A stretch of DNA of 64,000 nt from Schizochytrium sp. TIO01. Its lineage: Eukaryota > Protista > Bigyra: Labyrinthulomycetes. The notes under the pieces are model-generated. The model ran no database searches. It saw nothing but the letters and a program-made list of their open reading frames with translations, and was not told the DNA's origin. The stretch lies in the NCBI GenBank assembly GCA_004764695.1, contig SMSO01000014.1, forward strand, positions 2,351,648-2,415,647, in the 5' to 3' direction. Of this stretch, positions 46,378 to 59,800 are shown piece by piece. Position numbers and translations under genes: made by a program. Within the stretch, counting starts at the first letter, position 1. Each line of letters opens with the position of its first letter.

Positions 46378-49300
46378 ATGTAATCGAGTAAAATTTATAT
46401 ATATATATAGACTCGCTCTCTACTTTTGATATCCTTAGCCGTTGCTAACATCCTGTCACCTATCGCACGACAAATTTTGCAAATTATTTTGCAAGACTTG
46501 GATGAAAAATTCACCAAACAACTGCCCTAATCTATCCCAGACATTGCAAATAAAATCACGAATTCTCATCTAATCGAAGATTTTCGTGTAAATGCTACAA
46601 TTAGCGAAAGTTATAGCCGTCTCAAGCAAGTGAAATTGCAATAGAATCTTGTAAAAGATTTGTCAGCTTGAAATCATTGAAAACATAAATGGTGAGTGCG
46701 TATATATTCTCGATATTTCCTTATTCAACCATATAGATTACTACAATTTGTGCAATTCTATTTTTCAAAGACTGGTATTCTATACAGATAGAATGTCCCA
46801 CACTGCCAATTCATTTCCTTTTGCTTTGGTCACTAATGAGACGTGGGTATGATTACCTAGGGGTACTTGAGGAAATGTCTAAGATAGCACCAGTTAATTA
46901 GCACCGAGACCACGGTTGTCGCTTGTCTTATTGACTGTGCTTGAGTTTATTCAAGTGCTTCGGGTCGCCTGGAGTATTTTGGGTCTGCTGTCAGGTTTGC
47001 TTTGCAAGGTCCTCCCGATGCTTGTTTTGTTCCCTTCATTCCGTAGTATGGATGCATCTCATGGAGAGTCAACATCACCCATCATGTCATTGTGTCACGC
47101 ATCAGCCATCATCTCAAAGAGGTGTTCCTTTGAGCCATGTAAAGTCATGCCGTATTGCTGTATCTGTTTCTCTATCAAAGAGTCATGTATACAAATGTAT
47201 TTTTACGAAAACTAAATTTCAGTAAAATATTGTATTCGGGTATTTCTACACCGGGCTGGTTATTTACCACAATGCCTTAGCACAAACGTGATAATCTCTC
47301 AATGGGATACAGTAACTATTGTTAAGACCTGATTTGATGATTTGAAGAGACAGTTCCACAAAGACAGGTGAAGACGTACTAGGTCAAGCTGTGCACATGT
47401 AACGAAGCGTATACGAGGCCTGGTCGCAACAGTATGCGTTTATTTCAGCTCTTACTATGCATTGAATTTGTTCCCTTTATCTCTCTAGCCAATAGTTCTC
47501 TAATCTACACATAACTTCACCAATAGTTGTATGTTTTAACATTAATGAGATCCACAGTAGCGAACTGATCATTGATACGTTCGTACTTCAGCTTTGAGGC
47601 ATTATGAATGTCAAAGGCTGAATTTCAGAACTAATCTAGCGATAATGTTGGAGGCAAATTCAAGGTATGGGTAACCGAAGCTGCATGCAAATCAACTTGT
47701 TAATAGCCTACACCAATCCTCCATGAATCTCAAAGAATCCATAACGCACTTTTGCGACTGACGATTTTACACACATGCATTATAAAATGGTATATAGCTA
47801 GCCAAAACCAAAAATGATGATTGAGGATATACAGAGAAAACTATTCCCCTATGATATCAACAAGGTATGACTAACACTACTATGTATAATAATACATTAC
47901 CGAGATGATAAATGGTACTAGTTGTTATGTGAAATATATTAATAGGGTGAGACATATTTGATAATTAAGTGTATTTTTAAAATTATATAAATTGACCAAT
48001 CGGTACGTATACCAGTCGTTGTACATTCGCTCAGTGCCCCCAATACAGACAATGTATTTGAAAAGCACATCACACTCTCAATAACATAATTTCTAAAGCT
48101 GGCTTGGGATACGAGTTAATTGTTGCTTCGAAACCTATTGTAGCGGACAATTTAAATTATTTGTAAAATTTAAAATATGATAACCCCCAAAAGTATAATA
48201 ATTGTAATAACTATGAATCGCAAAGAATAAACCATTATAGTATAGATTTAGTATGTAAGAATGTGCTATACCTTGCAAACTTATTTTATCTCTCCAGCGA
48301 ATCATGGCATGCCTTCCTAATTAATGTCTTACTTCTGTTAAAAATACTATCGTCATGCCACTAGGTCAGGTCTGTAGCGATGCTTGAGGATTAAGGCATG
48401 TACTTCTTGAATGTTTGCAAGGCAAATCATAAATAAATGCGAAGAGAATAAGCTGAGTTGGTTAATACTTGAGGATCCAAAACAACCCATTCTCTTTCCA
48501 TCTCACGGTCACCAAGTTTCTAGAACAGCTATGTTGAAACCCCTACGAAAACCTCTTAAAATAAACCCTTCAAGCATCTTTTTTCTTAATTCCTTCAGCA
48601 GCTGACTGATCGGATTGTACGTAATGCAACATCCAGACAGGACCAGGACCCAAGAACAATACCATCTACACAAAAATATATTTTATATATTTCGGATGAC
48701 AAGCAGTATCTTGTTGCTATTTTCTACATCTCCCGTTGCTTCTCTACTTGCTTTTTTTTAAAACATGACTCGTCAAAGTGGGTGAGTTTGGCATAGGTCC
48801 ATTTCATATTATTGTTATATTAGAAAGAAATATATATGTACATAATATATTTAATAATAATGTCTTGTACGTATATGCAATAAATACAGTATGTATGTAT
48901 CTCATCTCGTATGTACGTATATTATTAATTAATATCAAGAATTATTTATTTATGCTAATCCTATGTATATCACTTTAAAAAAAAAATAGTAAACTAGGAA
49001 GGAAGGACTCGAGAATGAAACTTAGACATTCAGTTATTCATTGGCCTTGTTTTTTGTTTTTTGTTTTTTGTTTTGTTTTTTAAAAGGCCATCTAGTTATT
49101 TATTTGACAATCCATTCACCAAATCTCCCTTCAGGTGACCGACCAATCTGGACTCGATTTTTATTTAATTGCTTCATATAACTAACTAAACAAACTAACA
49201 TACATATTCTATTCTATACATATGTCCATACGCATATGTAATAAATCAATATGCATATTAATTATATTATTTCTTTCTTTATTTATTTATTGTAGTGTAT

Positions 49301-51606
49301 ACATACATTGATTGAAGTGAAGTGAATATGTTACGTTACATGAATAAAGTAAATTTATACATGATTGCTATTTTATTTATTCAATAATCAGATTGCTTTC
49401 ATATTACTACTCACCTACTAGATGTAGCGGACTCTTCTGGCGTACATACGACATAAAATTGCAAGTTTGAAATAAGTAAATTTAACTATAGGTCTATAAA
49501 CCACAAAATATAAAATAAAATAAAATAAATACAAAATTATTGATAAATTATCAAAAACATAAAAATATATACTAATAAAATATTTATATTATTCAAATTA
49601 TTTAAATTAACATTATATTTTATATTTATAGTATATTTATTGATATTGTTTTGAATTATTACCTGAAATGTTAAATTAGTAAGAGCTTTGTAAATAAATA
49701 ATTTATTCAAAGTCTATCTCTGTGGGTAACTTACGTAAGTAAGTAAGTAAGTAAAGTTCTGATTTGGAAACCTTAAAGAAATTGTATGTATCAAGCAAAC
49801 AAGCACAGTGGATTAGCTAAATAAATCCAATTAACTAATTATGAACCATGAAATGAAATAAATAAATCAAATGTTCAGACAGAGACTATTGTTATTTAAA
49901 TATGCCTTCCTTACTTACTTTATTTAAGTGCTTTCTTTACTTACCTATCCTGTCTCGAAGAGTTTTATAAAAAGCAGTCTAAATAAAATTTGATTAAATC
50001 CATGCATGCAAGATCTTCAAGAATGGGTAGATTCTAAAACTGTGAATCAATCCAGCTAAAACTAAATATCATTTGAGTCTACGTGAAACCGTAAATTAGA
50101 TTTTGGATTAAGCTGGCTGCTTTGCTTTCTGGGAATTTTCTCTATTCGGGGTGTTGGTTGAGCTGGTATTGAGCTACTTTATTTGGACAACCCTCAAAAC
50201 TTAAACAATCAAAACTGTTCTCAGCAAATGATTTCGACTCGTCAACAAAGCACTCATTACTTTGAAAATCGCATTAAGCCTTACATTTGGAGAGTCAATG
50301 AGAATAATAGATATTGAGGGTCTACTAGAATTACTCAAGGTCATGCATTTTATTTTATTTCAAAATAAACTTCAGCAAATTAAGGTTGTTTAACGAGAAG
50401 TAAGACGTCTAAACATACTCGGGGTTGGGATATATAAAGTCATTGTCATAGATTCAGAAGTACTGCAATGCAAATCTCATACGACTTTTGAGCTGCTAAG
50501 AAGCAAGCCTATCCAGCTAAAGATTGACTGGCAAGATTAATGCAAGATTAAGTAAGTAAGTCAAATTGTGCGATGGCAATAAAAACACTTTTTAAAGAAG
50601 GCTTTGCGCAGATGTTACTTTTTAAAGACATCGATTTGTTGCCTTCAGAACCTATTTGAGTTCCACAGTATATTAACCTTAGTCACGATCATGATGCACA
50701 GTAGTGCACATGTTTGGAGAGAGTAACTTAATTAAAAATGATCATTCCAAACTCCATATTTTACTTCATAATTCATTTTGTTCGTTTGATATTATATAAA
50801 TAATATAATATATACACTTTCAGTGTTAGTACTGTAGCTTTCTGAGAGCTGAAGCGACTTCATGGCAACTCCATATTTTTGTCCCATTCTTGCTTTGTTT
50901 GAATGCATCGATCGCATGGGCGCCGACCAGCTTATTTGACTTCCTCGGCTATTCTCCGAAACATCTGTACTGAAATCACCAATAGAAAAAGCACACCGTC
51001 AGAGCTTTGAAGGAGGGCTAGGCATCTTAGATATCTAACAAGTGGTTATGGATATATTGGGATACACAAAGTACGTGGGTGCGTGTTTTCATCTAATCAA
51101 AACTGATGTTTAAGGTAAGGGAATAATCTCGTATCCTGAAACCTGAAAAGGACAAACTATTCCTGACTTTGTTAATTAAATAGGAACCGGTCTATCTTAA
51201 ATTTTGATGTCAAAACTTAAGATCAACATTTTCAAAAGTTATCGTCATGCCAATAAAACATGCATGGTTGGGCGAATCTTCTATACTACATATTCTTATC
51301 AATCTCTCATGAACTATTCTTGTTTAATAACTAAAATGTATCGACAAGGCATTGCAATAGTGCTTGGCGTATTTTAGTATAAAAGCACAAAAGTAATATT
51401 CAAAATAAAAGAAGTTTGGAACTTAAAAGAAGAAGTGGTGTCTTATTCATATACGAGCTAGAAATAAAGTGCTAAAATCTCAAGACTATATACTCCTAGT
51501 TTGAATAAGAGCAATGTCTACATTTTTTTCATTATTATAGTCTTTGAGAGGTTTTTGTACTAGTAGAGTTTATAAAGTTTCCGATATCCGCATGTACACA
51601 ACAAAA

Positions 51607-52692
51607 TTATACATCGAAAAGGTTACGTGAAATACCTCCATCAGAAAAAGGTTTGGCAGTCTTGATAGGACTGGTACTAATCAGATCGAGGATGTCGTCA
51701 TCTTCCGCAGTTACAATCTCACGTTTTGCGTTATGCTTCGAGTTCGAAGTTAGTTTCGGAGGTGTTTGGCCAACTGCAATTTTGCAAATCATGTCTTCGA
51801 AAGTGCGAAGTTCTCCGCTAGACTTGGGTTGTTGCACAGGTGAAATTCCCCAATCTAGGCGCGGAATATTTTCTTGCTGAAAGCTGATATGTTTCCTAGA
51901 GGTAGACTTGTGGTCACTGTGTAAAACGTTTGCAGATATTTTGTGATCGAGCGTAGAACTTGGCGTTTGTGGTTGAAGAATGGACAGAGATAAACTCTCT
52001 CGCCCATCATCATATACTGAAGTATTAGTTGTTTGGGAGGATAACTTGCGAAGCTCTTCGCTTATTTTTCCGAGGTCTGTATCGATACGAGCAACTGGCT
52101 GCCCATTTTTGAGTGCATGGTCTCGTTTAGCAGTGAGTTTCTGTGAAATTTTTTCCAACACACGCACCTCCCATGAGGTCCTTTTCGAAGGAGTATGTGA
52201 AAGAGTTATTTCCGAGGAGCGCTCCTTCAGAGATGTGTTTATAAACTTAACTTCAGCAAGATTAGGTGTGAAATAAGCTGATTGATCTTCAGTCTTCGCT
52301 GCATCTGGAGAATTTGATCGTTCGATGATGGGGGTGTCACTATCAGGAAGAAGATTAGTTGTACATTTGGGTAGCTGAAGGTTAAGCCCACACTCGGCAG
52401 CATACAGAGCAAGTATGCTCTCTTCTTGCCTAATAAGTGATTCCATTTTCACCCTGGTCTTTCGCAAAACCTGAAGAGCATCAGCCCAAGCTTCCGCTTG
52501 ATCCTCCTTTGTGACACCTGCACGCGAGCGAGCGCTGAGGATTTCCCGTTCAGAGGCAAGCAAGCAGGCTCGCATGGCTCCATGTGCTTCCCAAGTATCT
52601 TCTGCGAGAAGGTTTACACGGTCTTGACGCTGCGCAAGCTCTGCACGCACGACTGAGTCGAGGAAATCATCCTCTTCAACGACTTGAGCCAT
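51607..52692 (-). CDS. Uncharacterised coiled-coil protein (~361 aa)
   Basis: Long ORF; first ATG at 52692 (AAGATGG); helical N-terminus and S/T/P-rich C-terminus; no recognisable family. Confidence 0.8.
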   Translation of the reverse strand: MAQVVEEDDFLDSVVRAELAQRQDRVNLLAEDTWEAHGAMRACLLASEREILSARSRAGVTKEDQAEAWADALQVLRKTRVKMESLIRQEESILALYAAECGLNLQLPKCTTNLLPDSDTPIIERSNSPDAAKTEDQSAYFTPNLAEVKFINTSLKERSSEITLSHTPSKRTSWEVRVLEKISQKLTAKRDHALKNGQPVARIDTDLGKISEELRKLSSQTTNTSVYDDGRESLSLSILQPQTPSSTLDHKISANVLHSDHKSTSRKHISFQQENIPRLDWGISPVQQPKSSGELRTFEDMICKIAVGQTPPKLTSNSKHNAKREIVTAEDDDILDLISTSPIKTAKPFSDGGISRNLFDV

Positions 52693-53832
52693 CTTATTGC
52701 AACGGAGGTAGATATGTTTCAAGAATGCAACTATCTCTTCAAAAGTCTTGCTTCTTGACCCTGATTCCTCCCTCTTGAACTTTTGTTGAAGGGGAGCAAA
52801 CTAGATATGATTTCTCGCTAGCTAGTTTGGTTGTATGACTGGGCCAACCTCGTTTGTCGTCTAATATTAGCTTTTTCCCTCCAGCTATACTACTTAGGTA
52901 AACATCTAGCAAAAGTTAACCACTAGCCAGCCTTGTTTTTAGAATCCGTCTTCTGCTCGTAATAGTACTAGTTATTCAATTTGTTTCATTCTTTGCCTTT
53001 TTTATTATAGTATTTCCCCTTCAAGTTCTAGTTGATAATAACTTGCAAGTTGAAAAAAATAAAACTACTAATTAACAAGTAGGTACAGTTAGCTAAATTA
53101 GTCTAGACCTACCTCGTACTTTTACCACTTTCACTATTATTATTGTTTATTAGGCTATAATAATAAACGTGACTCTGATAAAAACAAAGAATTTGAAATG
53201 TAAAAAAATTAATTAACAAAATTAATATTATATTTTTTACCTTGGAGAAATTTGGAGACCCGTTACGAAAACTCTATTTCCTCGAAACTAATATCTCCTC
53301 GGTGGAGTAGGTAGCAATAATACTATCCCAAGCTCGGCTATTTCAGAAAAGTCAAATCGATCACTTAAAATATTTAGTAAGTGAAAGTGTTACCAATCTC
53401 ATTACAATGGTCGTTCGGATAGTGTGCACCTTGAGTGGGTTCCGGCATGAGAAGTGACGAATAGCATCGTATGGGCACATTCTTCTATAGAGTTTAGTGG
53501 TTGCAGGCAAAGCTGCTATTTCGATACTCTGGTAATAGGCTCTCTTCTCTCTCTTCTATTCATCCAGAGTATCAGAGCGAACAAAACAAGAATAGTTGCG
53601 CTGAAGCGAAAGTCTCTTCAAAAGGATTTAAAGCGACAGCGAAAGTGTACAAACATCAAATAGGCGTGAGCAAGAGAAGTATTGAAGAAGGTTGTATCCT
53701 TTCCTAAGAACTCCAAACGCTATCTATGCATTAAAAGGCTATATATTTATTTCCGTGACTTGCTTGAGCAAGAAGTCAAGCTGCAGGCACCAGGTATCCT
53801 TGTGTCAGCCTGAGAAGTCAACAAAGGAAAGT

Positions 53833-56800
53833 ATGATACCCACGCACCGCGATCACCGTGCATCTGCGCCACCACGGGGATCTTTAACCCAGTTCGGAGG
53901 GACTCATGTTCGTGCACAGCTCTTGAAGCCTGTCGTGGGTAAGCACTGCCGCGTTGACGGAAATCACATATCAAGTAATTCTGATCTAGAAAAGGAGGTG
54001 CAGCTGAAAAGTCGAAAGCATCTGGAACGCAGAGAAGGTCCAGCAACCCGAGCCGGAATGCTTACATCAAGCGCACTTCTGAAAACATCAGGTGCTGCAA
54101 GTTGGTATAACAAGGATCTATTACGCAAAAACCACTCTAAAAATGAGCCCGAGAGTAATCCTAACATTGTTCATGTCATTTTACGCACTGATTTCCCCAC
54201 ATCAGAGCGAACATCGACAAAACGCCCTAACCTTTCGCCGACAAAAGAAGAAAGTCAACAAAATGAGAATTTAGTTGACAAATCTCCTACCTCGCCTTCT
54301 GATGAAGATGCAGATGAGGCGTTGCCCACACCATCCTATAACGAAAATTCGGCTTTCAACCAATGTGTAGATTGGGCTCATACTGATTCTATTCGTGTAG
54401 ATCGACATGCACATCATATTCGAAGGTTATCAAGGTTGGACGTCAGCATCCAAGAGGAAGAAGGTGCTTCTCTCGGCACAAAAAGACAACGCGCGATGCG
54501 TCTGTTACGAGTCATGACAAGAATGTACGGCGATGGTAATCCTTCTAGTCATGCAATGCGCTTCGATGATAGAGAAAAATTTCCTTTTGTTGGCTACGCT
54601 GGTCTTGATGCGACATCTTCTACATTATCAACTTTAAAGAAGGTGTTTTATAATCAAACCAAGAACAAGCATATTCTTGTCGGAGAGGATATTGTACTCG
54701 TATGTTACGATGTTGTAAGTCATTCAGAAGCTCAAGTCGTAACTACAACATTTGTGAAATACCTTTTAAATCGATATGTGAACGGCCGCCAGACTCGACA
54801 ACGAAAAACATTAGAAGGCATCCTTTCTGATTTCGAGCTAGGCATTTCTGCTGATCGAATTGATAGCGCAGAAGCAATTTACGCTTTAGTAGGTCTCTCT
54901 AAGATAGCTCAGTGCAAAGAGAATCAGCGTGAACTTTCATGGGATCGCCACGTAAAGGATAGTATTCTTATTGCCATTCTTTCCGTACTACAGCACAGAG
55001 AACCCGATTTAATCACTTCTCACAATGATAGCATCCAGTTTCAAGCCTTAATCACCTTATGGTCACTTGCCAGCACCTCATACGTGCTTTGTGCTCGGTT
55101 TGGGACCTTACCCATTGTGTCAGTTCTTGTTAGATATATGGGTATTCTGCGATTCTATAAGAAAGAGATCGAAGCTCTTGATCTAAATGAGCATGTTGAG
55201 GGTGTACTAGGTGCGTTGGCCTCCGCGTCGAGCGATGGACAAACACAAGCTCAATTGTGGCCCGATGTTGCTCCGGAGCTATTATGGGCAGTTGACGAGT
55301 TTCCTAGTAGTCGGATTCAGGAGTTTGTATTTCAAATCGTCCGAAATGGATCAATTGCGCTTCGCAACTTTCTCGATACAAGCCACCCAGCTAATGAAGA
55401 AATTGTTCTGCAGCTTCTTATATCCATGCTTAAGATCTGTAAGCAAGCTACAAAAGCGAGGCCTGTTGACAAACATGGAGTTACAACAATAGATCATATG
55501 TTGGCTGTTCTTGCAAATTGCAATATGGTTCTACCGAGAATACCTATTGAACATCTTGGAGTTGTATTTCAGTGTAGCCAGTTTCGATTTCCGAAGGAAC
55601 TCTTAAATGCCGAAACTGAGACCCATTTAGTGCGCTGCCTTCTTGTCGTACTTGCCAAGCTAACGTCTAACCATAATGATGCCCAGCGAATCAGCTGCGA
55701 AGCTCTTGTTGAGATGTATGCCCGACCTACATATATTTATGAACGATCGAGCTTACAGAATTTGGCTCTTGAGGTTTTAATTGATACTCTTGCGTGTGTC
55801 GATAGTTCGCACCTGGAGTCGCACTTAGTCCAGTCTATCTCACAGCTGATGCTAGCGACGCTGCAAGCTTATAAACAAGAAAATCCAGATGCTGTTCATG
55901 CCGTTGCTTACAATCTTGCACGATTGCGCTTCACGAAATGTCAGAAAATACTCTGCATTGACCTTCTCGATGGAGGTGTAATCGATGTCCTGCTTGCCTC
56001 GTTTGCCAGCTGTGGAAAAGCAAACTCAAAGCTAGGGCTTCAAATTATGAGTGCTCTTGTGACACTAGCGAATTTTGCAACTCGCATCGGAGGTGAAACT
56101 CGTAGGGAACTCTGGGAAAAGACAGAAGGTATAATGTCTGTTCTTCAAACTTTTGAAAATGAGACGCCCGGTCGGGAATGGCTTCGCAACTCGCATATCA
56201 TATCAAATGGTGCAACTCTAGCTTGGTCCATTAGAAATAAGAAACTTGCGTCTCGCATGTTTTTGGAGCTATTGCAAACTATCTCAGCAGCATATTTTTC
56301 TAAAGATAAACCTGTATGGGGCCTTGTGAATGGGGCGATTTGTCAATCTCTTATCGATGCTGCCTGTGAAGAAGCCGAATTAGCAAGTTCCTCTATTTCT
56401 GAAAAAGAGAAGGAGAAAAGCCCTGATCTCTTTTCCGAAGCACCTCAAGTAAATGTTACAAACTCCATCTATATAAGCTTTGCGCGGCACCTATGCAGTC
56501 AGCTTAAACAATGTGCAAACCTTGTTCGATATTTACCAAGCTCAAGTGAAGCCTCTGTAGACTGTGAAGTAAGCAACCACCCGAGTCAATTTCAATCCGG
56601 ATCATTCCCGCAAAGGTTTACTGTGAGCCAGCAAAACTCTGTCACCAAAGGCAGGAGTAGCTTGGCAGGGAGAACTATGTCGAGATGCTATCCAGATAGA
56701 AGCTCGCCCGTTCCAATGCCTGACAACATCCCTCCAGCCCCATTCGGAGCGAATGAAATTTTGACACGTACAGAACGACTTATTGAGTCTTTCAAGATTG

Positions 56801-59800
56801 ACATTTTTGAGGATGAGGATGACAACATTCGAAGACTTCTTGATGAAACGCACCGGAATGAATCTGAAAGCAAAGCTCAAATGAAATCTCGTCTTGCAGC
56901 GAGCCGTCTTCAATTAGATGAAGAAGAGATTCGTGCACAAATCGAACAATGCAAGCAAGAAAGTAGCACGAAAGTAGTACTACAGCAGGAAAGTAACAGC
57001 GTTACTACTCTTCTGATTGAAAGAATTAGTGTTCTCTTGTATATTGTCGAGTATTTTATCATCAAAGTGCCAGCACGAACTGCTGCTGAAATAATACCTA
57101 TCCTTCAAGATAATGCGCTTGGGCCAATACACTCTCTTATAGATAGCGGGGAAGTGCCTTCTGCTCAAAAACTTGCTTGCTGCAAAGTAATGCAACGCCT
57201 GAGTGAGAATTATGAGACTTTTGGGCTTCATCGGGTTAATGTAGCAGAAGACGACACAAAACTAGAGGCAGTAGAATCAATCCCTTCTGCTTCAAAGAAT
57301 TGGGTCTCTCAAAAGCTTCGCCTTGTTCATTTGGCTGGTTCCCTTCTATGTGCAAATAAGGACCGAAACATTCAGCTAGAAGCCGCGGAGCTTGCATTGC
57401 AAATCCTGGCTTCCATTCGCCCTCAGCTTTCTGGCGTCAATCAGCTTACTTCAGAGTTAGCCAGCTCAAAGCTACACATTGGACTCCTGGAGCTTCTCAG
57501 ATACACACACTTGGCGGGTTCAAGTTGCTACAATAAGCAACAACGGGCTGCAGTTCTAGGATGTATTTTACTGTTGTCTGAAAATCATGGTCTCCAACTA
57601 CGCTTAGCACGGCACGATCTGACAATCGAAACCCTGTTTCAAATTGCAAACATACGCTCTGCGGCTGTGTGTTCCCCTTCCTGGCAGGATACAAACGCTG
57701 AGCTTGCAATCAAGACACTTTTAAACCTCAAGGAAAACCAGGGAAACTTGACTGCATTTTACATGGTTGAACTTCGAATTCCTGAGTTGAGAACGAAACT
57801 CAAGGTCTGGCTCGATGAAAAACAAAGCTCCATGTTAGGTTTGAAGCAAGGAAGCAACGCTATCAAACGAGCTGGAGGTTTAGACACTCGACAATCGCAA
57901 AACTCCACACCACAGGCGGTTGTAGAGAAGTTCCTTCTAGAGGGAAATGATGCCCCAGAGCTTCTTCTAGGTGTTGATGCTGGACTCGTGTTCCCTGAAC
58001 CTATTATCAGTAGGTCTTATTTGGAATGGGTTATACCACGTGGTGGATCGGTGTCACTGCTCACTGTTTCCCAGTTGAAATCAGACGCAGAAATTTCAGA
58101 AGATGATTTACTTCCAGCCCCGAGAGACAAACCAGCAATTGACAGGCTTTTTTCACGTGCCGCTATGCTCCGTGGTGAGATTCGGCAGCCCAGAGCTCCT
58201 CGAATCTGGAATTATCTTCCTTCACATAATCTTAATCCCCATGCATTCCTATGTCCTGAAACAGGCTTGGTTCTAGAAATTCCGCTTGAGTTCGTTCTCA
58301 CTCGCGATTCCCAGGTGATGCCTTCAGCAATCGGTGGCGACAGTACACAGACCAACCTTAACTCCACAATGAGGTTCTTACAGGCATCAAGTATGAACAT
58401 AGCAATCGAAGATGACGATGAATGGGATCTTGTGGACTCTGTGTTTGGGCCTCGTGCACAGCCTGCACTTGATGCTGGCCACTTTTGGAATACAGAAGAT
58501 ATTCTACAAGCCGCAATGAATTGGGATCTTAGCATGTGCATGCGTAAACCAAGCTTTGTTAGAACGATAAGTTCCAGATATTCGAAAGCGGATCTAGTCA
58601 CTGCGATCAGCTATATTGAAGCAAGTTATACCTGCATTGGTATTTCTTTCCTATTTTATACGAGCACTGAGCGTGTTGATGCTAGAGTTCTGTCCGAGTC
58701 TACATATAATATGTTCTGCCTATCTCGAAATCAATACTGGCAATTTCTCGAAGATAGCAATCTTCTTGAAATTGGTTCTCATCTCAGCGTTCAAGATTTC
58801 GATGAAATCTATGCTCGTGTTACGGGGGATCTAGCTCCAGCGACGTCACAAGAAATCGACGTTTCACAAGTATCTGCCGTCTTCAAACATGGTAAACGAA
58901 GCGCTCCAATGTGTCGCTATCAATTCGTAGAACTCATATTCCTCCTAGCAGATGCAATCTATGTTCATGCTCCATCAAATGCTCCGCAAAGGGTACGCAT
59001 GCTATGTCGTGCCGTTTTAAGCTTAGTTGATCATTGTTTCAAGCAAGTCGCAGAAGTTGCATCACTCAATTCTGATCTTTTCCGGCACAATAGTTTATAT
59101 CGAGTGAGTATTCATAATGTGTTTCAACGCAGCTCCCGAGCTCTGAAGGAACACGTTTTCAATCGGTATGCTGGAGAGAGTTTAAACTCAACTGCATGGG
59201 GCGGTGCACGGGGTTTACGCATGAGTCTTCCTGATTGGAATAACTTAATAGATCAGCTGGAGCTGCTTCGCTTTCATGGCTTGAGCAATGCGGACTGCAA
59301 TATTGTCTTTCAACTATCTATACTAACTGTGGTAGATCTTGTCCAGGATTGGCAGAAAGCATGCTCTCTCACATTCGTATCCTTTTTGGAAGCTTTAGCT
59401 CGGCTCGCTCTCTATTTGCCGCTCCCAACCAGATCCGAACTAGCAGCTCATGGTGTTACTTCAATTGCAGCCTACTACGACATGTATCACGCAACCGATA
59501 TGTGGCAACTTTTTGATGATCAGTTGGGTCACCAACACAATGCTCTTCACGATTGGCTTATGAACTATGGCGGCAAATATGCATCTCGTCGGCGAAGAAG
59601 CTCAGCCATGCAGGCTCCAAAGCTTCTACTTCTCTCTGAAGTTGCGCAAAACAATGGTCTGAACAACTCAAAAATGAAGCTTCCTCAACGACAAGATATT
59701 TCCTCTGAACCTGAAGACCCATTCCCTGGTTTTGCTGACATCGGCCTGTTACAAAATGAGACATCTACAACAGCAGCAATTGAACCAGAACAAGCTCAGG

